A stretch of 63,690 nucleotides of DNA from an uncultured Eggerthella sp. Its GTDB lineage: Bacteria > Actinomycetota > Coriobacteriia > Coriobacteriales > Eggerthellaceae. The notes beneath the pieces were generated by a model, which searched no databases, had not been told where the DNA came from, and saw only the letters and a list, made by a program, of their open reading frames with translations. The position numbers and the translations under genes are program-made. Shown in pieces: positions 40,089 to 48,523 of this stretch; the first letter of the stretch is position 1; every line of letters starts with the position of its first letter. The stretch lies in NCBI GenBank assembly GCA_900544455.1, contig UQVJ01000001.1, positions 1-63,690 of the forward strand, given 5' to 3'.

Positions 40089-41423
40089 ATGTCAAGTACG
40101 GTAGCAACAGCATCGGCAATGGCGCCTGTGGGTGTCGGATCGAAAGAGAAGAATTCAACAGCTGAAATCGTGGCAGCTTCAATGGTGGGAACCGCTATCG
40201 AGTTCTACGACAATTACTGCTACAGTATCGCGGCGGCAAGCTATTTTGGGCTGATCTTCTTTACCGATGTTGCGAAGTCCGATCCGGTGTTGGCAACGTT
40301 GCTTTCATTCGTGACTTTCGCCGTTTCGTTTTTGGCACGTCCGTTTGGCTCGTTGATATTCGGTCATTTTGGCGACAAGCTTGGCCGTAAGAAAACACTA
40401 GTGGTTGCCCTGATGCTTATGGGCATCGCAACCTTTGTGGTGGGTTTGCTTCCCGGGTATGAGGTTCTTGGCCCGACTTCCGTTGTTCTTTTGTGCGTGT
40501 GCCGCGCTTGCCAGGGTTTGGGCCTTGGTGGCGAATGGTCCGGCGCTGCCTTAGTAGCGACCGAAAATGCCCCGAAGGGGAAGCGAGCCCTGTACGGTGC
40601 GTTCCCCAACATGGGCGCTCCCATCGGCTTCTTTTGCGCATATGGCGTAAACCTGCTGCTTGATTCTACCTTGCCCGCCGATGCGATGGTTGCGTGGGGT
40701 TGGCGTATCCCGTTCCTGCTTTCCGCATTGCTGGTGGTAGTTGGGCTGGTTGTGCGCTTGCGCATGACGGAAACTCCCGTATTCCAGAAAGCACAGCGCG
40801 AAAACCGCACGGTAAAGATGCCTCTTGCTATGCTTCTTCGTCACAACTGGAGGCAGGTTGTGCTCGGCACCTGCGCGGTTAGCATTACCTATACGCTCTT
40901 CTATGTGTTGGGAACTTGGTCGCTTTCCTACGGTGTGTCAACCTTGGGCTTCACTCAGCAGCAGTATCTGGGAATGCAGATGGTATCGGTGTTCTTCTTT
41001 GCGGGCTTCATCGTTGTCGGTTGCCTGAGTGCTGATCGTTTCGGCAGGAAGCCTGTGGTTGCACTTGCTACCGTGGCAACCTTGGTGTTTGCGCTCTTTG
41101 CTCCCATGCTGCTTTCTGTTCATAGCGCTTTGAACGTGATGCTGTTCCTCTGCATCGGTTTTATGTGCATGGGCGCTGTTTTCGGGCCCACCGGTTCGTA
41201 CTTGCCTGAGTTGTTCCCCGCCCGCGTTCGTTATTGCGGTTCTGGCCTCTCCTATAACTTGGCTGCAATTGTCGGCGGCGCCTTCGCTCCCACTATTGCT
41301 TCGGCGCTTGTTATGAATTTCGGCATCATGTCCTTGGGCTGGTACCTGGGAGGTATGGCTGTTGTTTCTCTTGCTGCCCTGTTCTTCTTCCGTGAAAGCA
41401 AGGATGTTAACTACGAGGAATAG
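40089..41423 (+). CDS. MFS transporter, metabolite:H+ symporter (MHS; ShiA/YhjE-like)
   Basis: GTAIEFYD, ARPFG...GHFGDKLGRK, GLGGEWSGA, GWRIPFL, ETPVF. Confidence 0.93.
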   Translation: MSSTVATASAMAPVGVGSKEKNSTAEIVAASMVGTAIEFYDNYCYSIAAASYFGLIFFTDVAKSDPVLATLLSFVTFAVSFLARPFGSLIFGHFGDKLGRKKTLVVALMLMGIATFVVGLLPGYEVLGPTSVVLLCVCRACQGLGLGGEWSGAALVATENAPKGKRALYGAFPNMGAPIGFFCAYGVNLLLDSTLPADAMVAWGWRIPFLLSALLVVVGLVVRLRMTETPVFQKAQRENRTVKMPLAMLLRHNWRQVVLGTCAVSITYTLFYVLGTWSLSYGVSTLGFTQQQYLGMQMVSVFFFAGFIVVGCLSADRFGRKPVVALATVATLVFALFAPMLLSVHSALNVMLFLCIGFMCMGAVFGPTGSYLPELFPARVRYCGSGLSYNLAAIVGGAFAPTIASALVMNFGIMSLGWYLGGMAVVSLAALFFFRESKDVNYEE

Positions 41424-41580
41424 CGTCAGGCATCGGCTTGCCTAGAAATCAAAGAATGTCCCTTGATACAGCGTTGAACTGCCCCACATTTCTCTCGATT
41501 CAAGGAGGGGCGGTTCACGGTGCGTCGAGGGGCATTCTTCGCTTGATGGGGTGGGGTTGTTTCCGGTGATGCTATCATGG

Positions 41581-41598
41581 TGTACATAAAAGTACCCA
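41581..41598 (+). promoter_or_regulatory. Candidate WYL-regulator binding site (copy 1)
   Basis: TGTACA-TAAAA-GTACCCA upstream of the WYL gene; matches a copy upstream of the HIRAN gene. Confidence 0.45.
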
Positions 41599-41624
41599 GT
41601 ACTGGTTCAATTGAAAGGTTCGCC

Positions 41625-42605
41625 ATGGCAACTACAGCTCAGAAACTCAAGCTTATGTATCTGGCAAAGCTCTTAGGGAATGAAACTGATGACGAACATG
41701 GCCTTACCGGTCCGCAGATTATTCAGCGCTTGGCTGAGTTGGGCATCGCAGTTGAGCGGAAGACGCTCTATCGCGATTTGGATTGCTTGCGCGAATTCGG
41801 CTACAACATCGTGAAGTATCAGCGTTCACCTATTGAATATGGCCTTGCTTCGCGTGAGTTCCAGGAAAGCGAATTGCTGTTGTTAGCGGATGCGGTGCAA
41901 TCTTCCCGTTTCCTTACCGAGCGTAAGTCGAATGCGTTAGTTAAGGCCATTGGTAAGCTGGGTAGCAAATATTTGGCAGACGATCTAAGAAGGAACCTTC
42001 ATGTTGAGGGGCGTATCAGATCGCAGAATGAATCGGTGTTCTACAACATCGACGCTATTCAGCGAGCTATTTCCGCTAAGAAAAAAGTACGTTTCCGTTA
42101 CTTCAAATACGACAATCGGAAGAAACGGGTTCTGCAGCGCGATGGGCGCTTCTATGAGGAAACGCCGTTGCACCTGGTGTATATGGATGACTGCTATTAC
42201 CTGGTTGCCTGGAACGATAAGCATGAAAGCACCACTAACTACCGCGTAGACAGGATGCTGAACATCGATGTGTCTGAAGAAGTTGCAACGAGCAACGAGC
42301 AAACGGCTGAATTTGATGCAGCGAAGTACCAGAAGAGGGTATTCGGCATGTACAGCGGCGATGCTGTTGCGGTTACCCTGCTTGTGAAGCCAGATGCCAT
42401 CAGCACAGTAATCGACCGCTTCGGCGATGCAGCTGATGCCGAAGCGGTCGAGGATGGCTCGATGCGCGTGCGCACCAAGGTTATGCAGGCGCCTACGTTC
42501 TATGGCTGGTTGGCAACTCTGGGAACCAGCGTGATAATCGAGCAGCCGCAATTCTTGAAAGAGGAGTACCGAACGTACCTCCAGGGGATTATCGAACAGT
42601 ACTGA
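41625..42605 (+). CDS. HTH-WYL-WCX transcriptional regulator
   Basis: ETDDEHGLT...ERKTLYRDL HTH; YYLVA and YRVDRM WYL core; FGMYSG and FYGWL WCX; GAAAGG RBS. Confidence 0.93.
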   Translation: MATTAQKLKLMYLAKLLGNETDDEHGLTGPQIIQRLAELGIAVERKTLYRDLDCLREFGYNIVKYQRSPIEYGLASREFQESELLLLADAVQSSRFLTERKSNALVKAIGKLGSKYLADDLRRNLHVEGRIRSQNESVFYNIDAIQRAISAKKKVRFRYFKYDNRKKRVLQRDGRFYEETPLHLVYMDDCYYLVAWNDKHESTTNYRVDRMLNIDVSEEVATSNEQTAEFDAAKYQKRVFGMYSGDAVAVTLLVKPDAISTVIDRFGDAADAEAVEDGSMRVRTKVMQAPTFYGWLATLGTSVIIEQPQFLKEEYRTYLQGIIEQY

Positions 42606-42618
42606 GCACGTACGGCAT

Positions 42619-42882
42619 TCATTGCGTTTCCTCCCATTTCCAGGAATTAATGAACTCGTTTACGCGAAGAGACATATGGGAAGTGAGCCCCGTCATGCAT
42701 CTGAGGGCGTTTACGTAAGCGACCTTAAGAGGAAGGTCGTGTTCGGTCCTGAAATCCTCGGGCTCTCTGATTTCGTGTTCCAGTTCGTCGATGAGATAGT
42801 TTAGGTCGTCTTTGATGCTGATGAGTTCATCAAATTCTCTGCTATCGAGCGTTTTGAGAAACTTGGTTGGTGAATCAAACAT
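42619..42882 (-). CDS. Hypothetical acidic helical protein (87 aa)
   Basis: Starts 5 nt after the HIRAN stop with an AAGGTAGG RBS and fills the gap to the WYL stop. Confidence 0.7.
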   Translation of the reverse strand: MFDSPTKFLKTLDSREFDELISIKDDLNYLIDELEHEIREPEDFRTEHDLPLKVAYVNALRCMTGLTSHMSLRVNEFINSWKWEETQ

Positions 42883-42887
42883 GATGC

Positions 42888-43220
42888 CTACCTTGGTCGA
42901 TTGTCAGTTACGTACAGGCCAACGCGAACCTGCTTCCAGGGAGCAGCTTCTTTGTCGACTTGGAGAATGCGGCATTCGAGGATGTTCCTGTGACCAAAGT
43001 GGAACAAGGTTGAAGCCAGGCTGTTCTGATCGGCGGGAACATAGCCGACCATGACGCCATTGAAGTACAGGGCGATTGACTCTGGGTCGTAGGGGTTGCC
43101 TGGTTCGGGGCAAAGTTCAATGCCGTCGCCAATGCTCATCTGATTGATAACGAGGGCGCCATCGTAGTGTTGGAATCCTGCAATGAAGAATGTTGAGAGA
43201 TGTCGACTGGGCTGATACAT
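42888..43220 (-). CDS. Stand-alone HIRAN-domain protein
   Basis: IAGFQHY, EPGNPYDPESIAL and VGYVP HIRAN motifs; AAGGAGGAGG RBS before ATG 43220. Confidence 0.92.
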   Translation of the reverse strand: MYQPSRHLSTFFIAGFQHYDGALVINQMSIGDGIELCPEPGNPYDPESIALYFNGVMVGYVPADQNSLASTLFHFGHRNILECRILQVDKEAAPWKQVRVGLYVTDNRPR

Positions 43221-43419
43221 GGCCTCCTCCTTAAAACGGCTGGATGGCAAGAGGCGAGGGGGCCGGTAAGGTGGCCGGCCCCTTTCTTCGACCACGACAA
43301 GCAAATAAGAAAGGATGAAAGTGAGTTGCATGACTAGGAGTTTGTTTGCTTGTATGTGGCGGCCTCGGTAGGAATGGCCTCTTGATGGTTTGAATAATAC
43401 GCAGATCGCAGCTTGTATG

Positions 43420-43437
43420 TGGGTACCACAGTGGACA
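43420..43437 (-). promoter_or_regulatory. Candidate WYL-regulator binding site (copy 2)
   Basis: Minus strand TGTCCA-CTGTG-GTACCCA, just after a terminator and upstream of HIRAN. Confidence 0.45.
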
Positions 43438-43460
43438 TCAAGAAATAATTGTGAAATACG

Positions 43461-43491
43461 AAAGAAAAAAGGCCCGCGTTGGCGAGCCTTT
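43461..43491 (-). terminator. Intrinsic terminator
   Basis: Minus strand AAAGGCTCGC-CAAC-GCGGGCCTTT followed by TTTCTTT. Confidence 0.8.
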
Positions 43492-43581
43492 GGTGGTTGC
43501 TGGTATGGGTATTTGCTAAGTGCGCTTTGCGCGAGCCGCTGCGCCTTTGCGGATAAACAGTAGGGGTTGGTTTTGCTGCCG

Positions 43582-44067
43582 TTATTGTCCGATCTTTGAA
43601 CCGCAGGCGATGCAGAAAACGTTTTCGGCGTTTTGTTTCGTTCCGCATTTGGGGCAGTACTGAACGGAAGGGTCGATAACGGGCTGGCACTTTGCTGCGG
43701 TCGCAGTGGTTTCTGAATTCTTCCTTGAGGCTTCTTGCGGCGCCGGAGCCTTTGGGGCTTTCTGCGGTGCGGGAGCCTTTGGGGTTTCCTGTGGCGCTGG
43801 GGTGGCTTTGGCTGCAGCAGGGGAAGAAGCGGTGGAAGAGTCTGAATTGCCTGAGTTCGAACTGGTATTGGCTGGCCCCTCTGCTTTCCGCTTCTTGTTG
43901 TTCGCAATCATTTCAAGGATGGCGCCCAAGATAGCGGGGGAAAAGAACCCGATGGTTTCGAACAGTGCCGGTCCGCTGCTGAAGTCGATGAATTCTTGCC
44001 CCGTAATGATGGCGCAAAGTATCGCGACTGCCTGGATAACATAAAGAATAATTGCAGCTGTTTTCAA
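43582..44067 (-). CDS. Membrane protein with Pro/Ala/Lys linker and C-terminal zinc ribbon
   Basis: TTG start after AGAAGGAG; two hydrophobic helices; YCPKCG...FCIACG. Confidence 0.8.
   Translation of the reverse strand: MKTAAIILYVIQAVAILCAIITGQEFIDFSSGPALFETIGFFSPAILGAILEMIANNKKRKAEGPANTSSNSGNSDSSTASSPAAAKATPAPQETPKAPAPQKAPKAPAPQEASRKNSETTATAAKCQPVIDPSVQYCPKCGTKQNAENVFCIACGSKIGQ
43731..43810 (-). repeat. 27-bp tandem coding repeat (about 3 imperfect copies)
   Basis: Encodes KATPAPQETP / KAPAPQKAP / KAPAPQEA. Confidence 0.8.
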
Positions 44068-44093
44068 GGTTTCTCCTTCTGATTGCAAGTGCG

Positions 44094-44858
44094 CTACGAG
44101 TGCTGTTGTTTCGCCAGGTCTTTTGCGACTTCGGCGCCGATAGCCAAGCCCATTGCCGCAGGAACGAAGGCGTTGCTGCCGGGAACGCTGCGTCGGTCGA
44201 GGCAGGTACGCTCGCTGTTGGGCGGGCACACGCACCCTGCGGCACAGCCGGCCTTGCCATCTTCTTCAGGTTTGACGGTAGGCTCTGGCGAATACGCCAC
44301 TTTTAAATTATGAATGCCACGTTTGCGCAGTTCTTTGCGGATTATGCGAGCAAGGCGGCAAATGGAGGTCTCTGAGATATCGGCGATGCGAATAGCCGTG
44401 GGGTCCAATTTGTTGCCAGCACCCATGGCGGAAATGATGGGCGTTCCTGCTGCCTTCGCCTGGGCAACCAAGTGAAGCTTTGCCGTTACCGTGTCGACGC
44501 AATCGACGATGTAGTCGTATTTCGAAAGATCGAATTCGCTTGCCGAATCGGGTAGGTAGAAGCATTTGTGCTTGGTGATTTTGCAGCTGGGGTTTATGTC
44601 GAGCAGGCGTTCCTCCATGGCATCCACTTTATCCATGCCGACGGTTTTCCAAGTTGCGATTATCTGGCGGTTTATATTCGTCAGGCACACCTTGTCGTCG
44701 TCGACGATATCGATGGCGCCCAATCCGCTGCGCACGAGCGATTCGCAGACGTAGCCGCCTACGCCGCCGCAGCCAAACACGATAACGTGGGCTTTTTGCA
44801 GCGATTCAACGCCGTTGCCGCCAAGTGTCAAACGGGTGCGGGAAAACTGATCGAGCAC
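44094..44858 (-). CDS. tcdA: tRNA threonylcarbamoyladenosine dehydratase (ThiF family)
   Basis: DQFSRT, GCGGVG, TNINRQ, SAMGAGNKLDP, PGSNAFVP. Confidence 0.9.
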   Translation of the reverse strand: MLDQFSRTRLTLGGNGVESLQKAHVIVFGCGGVGGYVCESLVRSGLGAIDIVDDDKVCLTNINRQIIATWKTVGMDKVDAMEERLLDINPSCKITKHKCFYLPDSASEFDLSKYDYIVDCVDTVTAKLHLVAQAKAAGTPIISAMGAGNKLDPTAIRIADISETSICRLARIIRKELRKRGIHNLKVAYSPEPTVKPEEDGKAGCAAGCVCPPNSERTCLDRRSVPGSNAFVPAAMGLAIGAEVAKDLAKQQHS

Positions 44859-44910
44859 GGTATGCCTTTCCTTGATATCGACAGATCACTGGTAAACGTT
44901 GCCATTGTAG

Positions 44911-44943
44911 AACAAAAGAGCCCGCTCGATTGAGCAGGCTCTT
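44911..44943 (-). terminator. Intrinsic terminator after the hydrogenase operon
   Basis: Minus strand AAGAGCCTGCTC-AATC-GAGCGGGCTCTT followed by TTGTT. Confidence 0.7.
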
Positions 44944-44966
44944 CATGTGCGCTATGCAGGCGATGC

Positions 44967-46700
44967 TTACTGCTGACGTGCTGCAGGCATTCCCCAGGCG
45001 AAATGGTTGGAATGAAGCAGCTGTTCTGCCTTTTCAGAGTTCGGTTCACCGAAATACTTTTCGTAGCATTCGACAACCGAGGGGTTTTCGTGGCTGAAGC
45101 GCAGCTTCGAATTAGTGTCGATGTCGCGCAGGATGAGCTCACGCTCGGCTGCACATTCGCGGCCCTCGTGGATGGGCTGACCGCCGCCGCCAACGCAGCC
45201 GCCAGGGCAAGCCATGACCTCTACGAAGTCGTAATCTACCTCGCCGTTTTCGATGGCGTTGCAGAGGTTGTCGGCGTTTTGCAGGCCGCTGACAATGGCA
45301 ACGGTGAGTTCTTTGCCTGCCAGGTTGTAGGTTACCTCGCGCCAGCCTTCGCAGCCGCGTACGGCGCTGAAGGCGTCGGGATCGGGGTTTTTGCCGGTGA
45401 CCAGGAAGTGGGCGCTGCGAAGAGCTGCTTCCATTACGCCGCCGGTGGCACCGAAGATGTGTCCTGCGCCAGTGGCTTCACCCAAGGGCATGTCGAATTC
45501 CTCTTCGGGCAAGTTCCTTACGTTGATGAACTGAGCTTTCAACATGCGTCCGAGTTCGCGCGTGGTAAGCACCACATCGACATCGGGGCCGGTTCCGGTG
45601 GTGTCCATGTCTTCATAAGCGCATTCGGCCTTCTTGGCAATGCACGGCATGATGGATACCACGGCAATCTTTGCAGGGTCGACGCCCAGGATTTCTGCAT
45701 AGTAATTCTTCGCAATGGCACCGAAGATCTGCTGAGGCGATTTCGTGGTTGAAAGGTGCTTTACCAGGCTGGGGTGCTTTGCCTTCAGGAAGCGTACCCA
45801 ACCAGGACAACACGAGGTGAACATGGGCTGGCCAGGCTCTTCCTTCAGGTGATGGAGGAGCTCGGTGCCTTCTTCCATGATGGTCATATCTGCTGCGAAG
45901 TCGGTGTCGAAGACGTAATCGAAGCCCAACTTGCGTACAGCTGCCACCATGCGACCCATTGTGGCTTCTTCTTTCGGAAGGCATACCGATTCGCCCCATG
46001 CCGCCCTGATGGAGGGCGCGATCTGAACGATGGCGATGCGCTCCGGATCGGCGATGAGGTCAAACACCTTCTGAGTGTCGTCGCGCTCGGAGAGGGCCCC
46101 ACAGGGACAATGTGTGACGCATTGGCCGCACAGCGCGCAGGCTGCTTCGGATACGTCGCGGCAGCCCGCAGCACCCACATGGGCGTTCGAGCCCGTGCGG
46201 GTAAGATCCCATACGTTCAGGTTCTGGACCTTGCTGCATTCGCTTACGCAGCGCATGCAGCTGATGCACTTTGAGGCGTCGCGGACGAGCGGAAAATCGG
46301 TGGGGTTCTTCTGCTGATCGTATTCGACGGGGTAGGGGATGTTGGTGATGTTCAGCGCGGCTGCGTTGCGCTGGATCATGCAGTTGCCATTGCGTGTACA
46401 TGTGGTGCATTCGCTTTTATGGCGCGAAAGAATAAGCGCCATCGTTTCGCGGCGGGAGGCAACAACACGGGGGCTCATGGTGTTTACCACCATGCCTTCG
46501 GCAACTTCGTTGTTGCATGAGGAAACGAGCTTGTCCGTGCCCTCAACCTCTACAACGCAGATGCGGCAGGCGCCGATTTCGTTAATGTCTTTCAGATAGC
46601 ACAGCGGGGGGATCATGGAGCCTGCCTGGTAGGCGGCGTTCAAGATGGTGGTGTGCTCGGGAACGGAGACTTCCTTCCCGTCGATGGTCAACGTTACCAT
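44967..46700 (-). CDS. hydA: [FeFe]-hydrogenase catalytic subunit (group A, M3 architecture)
   Basis: H-cluster motifs TSCCPGW, MPCIAKKAE and EVMACPGGCVGGGGQP; N-terminal 2Fe-2S, His-ligated 4Fe-4S (HKSECTTC) and two further 4Fe-4S motifs. Confidence 0.97.
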   Translation of the reverse strand: MVTLTIDGKEVSVPEHTTILNAAYQAGSMIPPLCYLKDINEIGACRICVVEVEGTDKLVSSCNNEVAEGMVVNTMSPRVVASRRETMALILSRHKSECTTCTRNGNCMIQRNAAALNITNIPYPVEYDQQKNPTDFPLVRDASKCISCMRCVSECSKVQNLNVWDLTRTGSNAHVGAAGCRDVSEAACALCGQCVTHCPCGALSERDDTQKVFDLIADPERIAIVQIAPSIRAAWGESVCLPKEEATMGRMVAAVRKLGFDYVFDTDFAADMTIMEEGTELLHHLKEEPGQPMFTSCCPGWVRFLKAKHPSLVKHLSTTKSPQQIFGAIAKNYYAEILGVDPAKIAVVSIMPCIAKKAECAYEDMDTTGTGPDVDVVLTTRELGRMLKAQFINVRNLPEEEFDMPLGEATGAGHIFGATGGVMEAALRSAHFLVTGKNPDPDAFSAVRGCEGWREVTYNLAGKELTVAIVSGLQNADNLCNAIENGEVDYDFVEVMACPGGCVGGGGQPIHEGRECAAERELILRDIDTNSKLRFSHENPSVVECYEKYFGEPNSEKAEQLLHSNHFAWGMPAARQQ

Positions 46701-48523
46701 GCTCGGCTCCTTCCGCCTTTGAATGCACCGTAGCCGAAGTGATCGCACCCCAGGCAGCGGCCCGCTTCTTGCATCATTTCCTCTTCGGACATGCCGATTT
46801 CGCACAGCTCGAAATCGCAGCTGCGCTCTGCGCCGGGGCGCTCCTTCATGGTTACGCGGCCGCAGGGAACGCGATCTGCCAGGTTGGGAGCGGGGATGTC
46901 CACATCGCAACGGATTTCATGGTTGCCGCCCAGATACGTATCGATGGCACGTGCTGCAACCTTGCCGCCCTCGATAGCGCGAATGACGGTTGCCGGGCCC
47001 CAGCTACAATCGCCGCCAGTGAAGAAGCCAGGCTTTTCAGGAATGCTGGAATCGGGCTGGGCTTGGATTTCGTTCCACTTGCAGGGCAAGCCGAATTCCT
47101 CGAATGCGCCAGAGTCGATGTTCTGGCCGATGGCAACAATGATAGTGGTTGCGGGAATGCGAACCTCGGGTTTGCTTGCCGCCTTGGGAGAGGGACGACC
47201 GCCGCGTACCGTGGAAATCATCTGAGGCTGGCCCCAGAGTGCCACGGCATGGCCTTCATCGTTGACTTCAACATGAGCGGGGGCAACGAGTTCCATGAGC
47301 TCGCAGCCGTCTTCGATGGCTCCGTCGATCTCTTCAGCGAGTGCCGTCATATCGGCGCGGCGACGACGGTATACGATCTTTACCGATTTGGCGCCCATGC
47401 GGCGTGCGCTTCGAGCGGCGTCCATGGCAACGTTGCCGCCGCCAACGACAACAACGTCTTGACCAGAGAGATCGGCAATGTTGCTGTCGCCGATTTCGCG
47501 CAGCATGGCAACAGCTGGCACTACGCCTGGCGCATCCTCGCCTTCGATGCGGAGCTTTTTGTCCGAGTGAGCGCCGATGCATACGTAAACGGCATCGAAG
47601 TCGTGCTCGAGGTCGGCGATCGCAATATCATTGCCCACAGAAACGCCCAGCTTAACCTCTACGCCCAAAGAAGTGATGTGCGCGATTTCGGTGTCGAGCA
47701 AGGTTTTGGGCAGGCGATAGTTGGGGATGCCGTAGCGGAGCATGCCGCCAAGCTTGGCGCGCTGTTCGTATACCGTTACGGAATGACCCATACGGGTTAG
47801 GTAATATGCTGCGGTAAGACCGCCGGGGCCACCGCCGATAACGGCGACCTTTTTGCCGGTGGGCTCTGCCACTTCGGTGGGGCGGTTGGGCGTTTCATGG
47901 TCGCAAGCGTAGCGCTTCAGGCCGCGGATGTTGACGGCGGAATCAACGAATCTGCGACGGCAGGTGTTTTCACAGGGATGCTCGCATACATAGGCGCAAG
48001 CGCTCGGGAAGGGATTGTCTTTGCAGATGAGCTCGATGGCATCATCGAAGCGACCAGCTTTTACCAGCGCAATATAACCAGGGATGTCGACATTTGCCGG
48101 GCAACCTTGAACGCAGGGAACGGGGTGGTCGGATGTGCACAGGCAACGGCCTTCTGCATGGAGTTCGTAGTCTTCGCGGAAAGCGCGCACTCCAGTGAGG
48201 GCCATTTCGGCAGCCTGGGTGCCGATTGCGCAATCTGCTGAAATGCGTACATTTTCGGCGAGGGCTTCAATATGCGCAAGGTCGGCATCGGTTGCCGTTC
48301 CTTCCAGCACGTTGTCGAGCAGTGATTCGATCTGCGCCAAGCCGATGCGGCAGGGAACGCATTTGCCGCATGTTTGCGTACGGCACAGGGCGATAAGGCC
48401 GCGCGTCACATCAACGGGGCAGGTACCTTGAGGATGCGAAACAAGACGGCGGGCCATGTCTTGACATACGCCGCGCACGGTCTTTTCCGCTTCGCTCGAG
48501 GTGCGGATTTCCAATGGGCTCAT
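46694..48523 (-). CDS. GltD-like FAD/NAD(P)H oxidoreductase with N-terminal NuoF-like 4Fe-4S domain (hydrogenase partner subunit)
   Basis: TCGKCVPCRIG...ADCAIG; PCVQGCP; CAYVCEHPCENTC; GGGPGG; GGGNVAMD...YRRRR; GAGGAG RBS; overlaps the hydA start. Confidence 0.92.
   Translation of the reverse strand: MSPLEIRTSSEAEKTVRGVCQDMARRLVSHPQGTCPVDVTRGLIALCRTQTCGKCVPCRIGLAQIESLLDNVLEGTATDADLAHIEALAENVRISADCAIGTQAAEMALTGVRAFREDYELHAEGRCLCTSDHPVPCVQGCPANVDIPGYIALVKAGRFDDAIELICKDNPFPSACAYVCEHPCENTCRRRFVDSAVNIRGLKRYACDHETPNRPTEVAEPTGKKVAVIGGGPGGLTAAYYLTRMGHSVTVYEQRAKLGGMLRYGIPNYRLPKTLLDTEIAHITSLGVEVKLGVSVGNDIAIADLEHDFDAVYVCIGAHSDKKLRIEGEDAPGVVPAVAMLREIGDSNIADLSGQDVVVVGGGNVAMDAARSARRMGAKSVKIVYRRRRADMTALAEEIDGAIEDGCELMELVAPAHVEVNDEGHAVALWGQPQMISTVRGGRPSPKAASKPEVRIPATTIIVAIGQNIDSGAFEEFGLPCKWNEIQAQPDSSIPEKPGFFTGGDCSWGPATVIRAIEGGKVAARAIDTYLGGNHEIRCDVDIPAPNLADRVPCGRVTMKERPGAERSCDFELCEIGMSEEEMMQEAGRCLGCDHFGYGAFKGGRSRAW

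Noticed and set aside
43221..43420. Self-cleaving ribozyme near the WYL gene
   Set aside because: No hammerhead, twister, pistol or HDV core could be matched by eye on either strand.
42888..43907. 339-aa ORF-track call fused to HIRAN
   Set aside because: The upstream part overlaps the zinc-ribbon gene and crosses a terminator; the strong RBS places the start at 43220.
41424..44093. Prophage or integrative element around WYL-HIRAN
   Set aside because: No integrase, transposase, tRNA target or flanking direct repeats were found.
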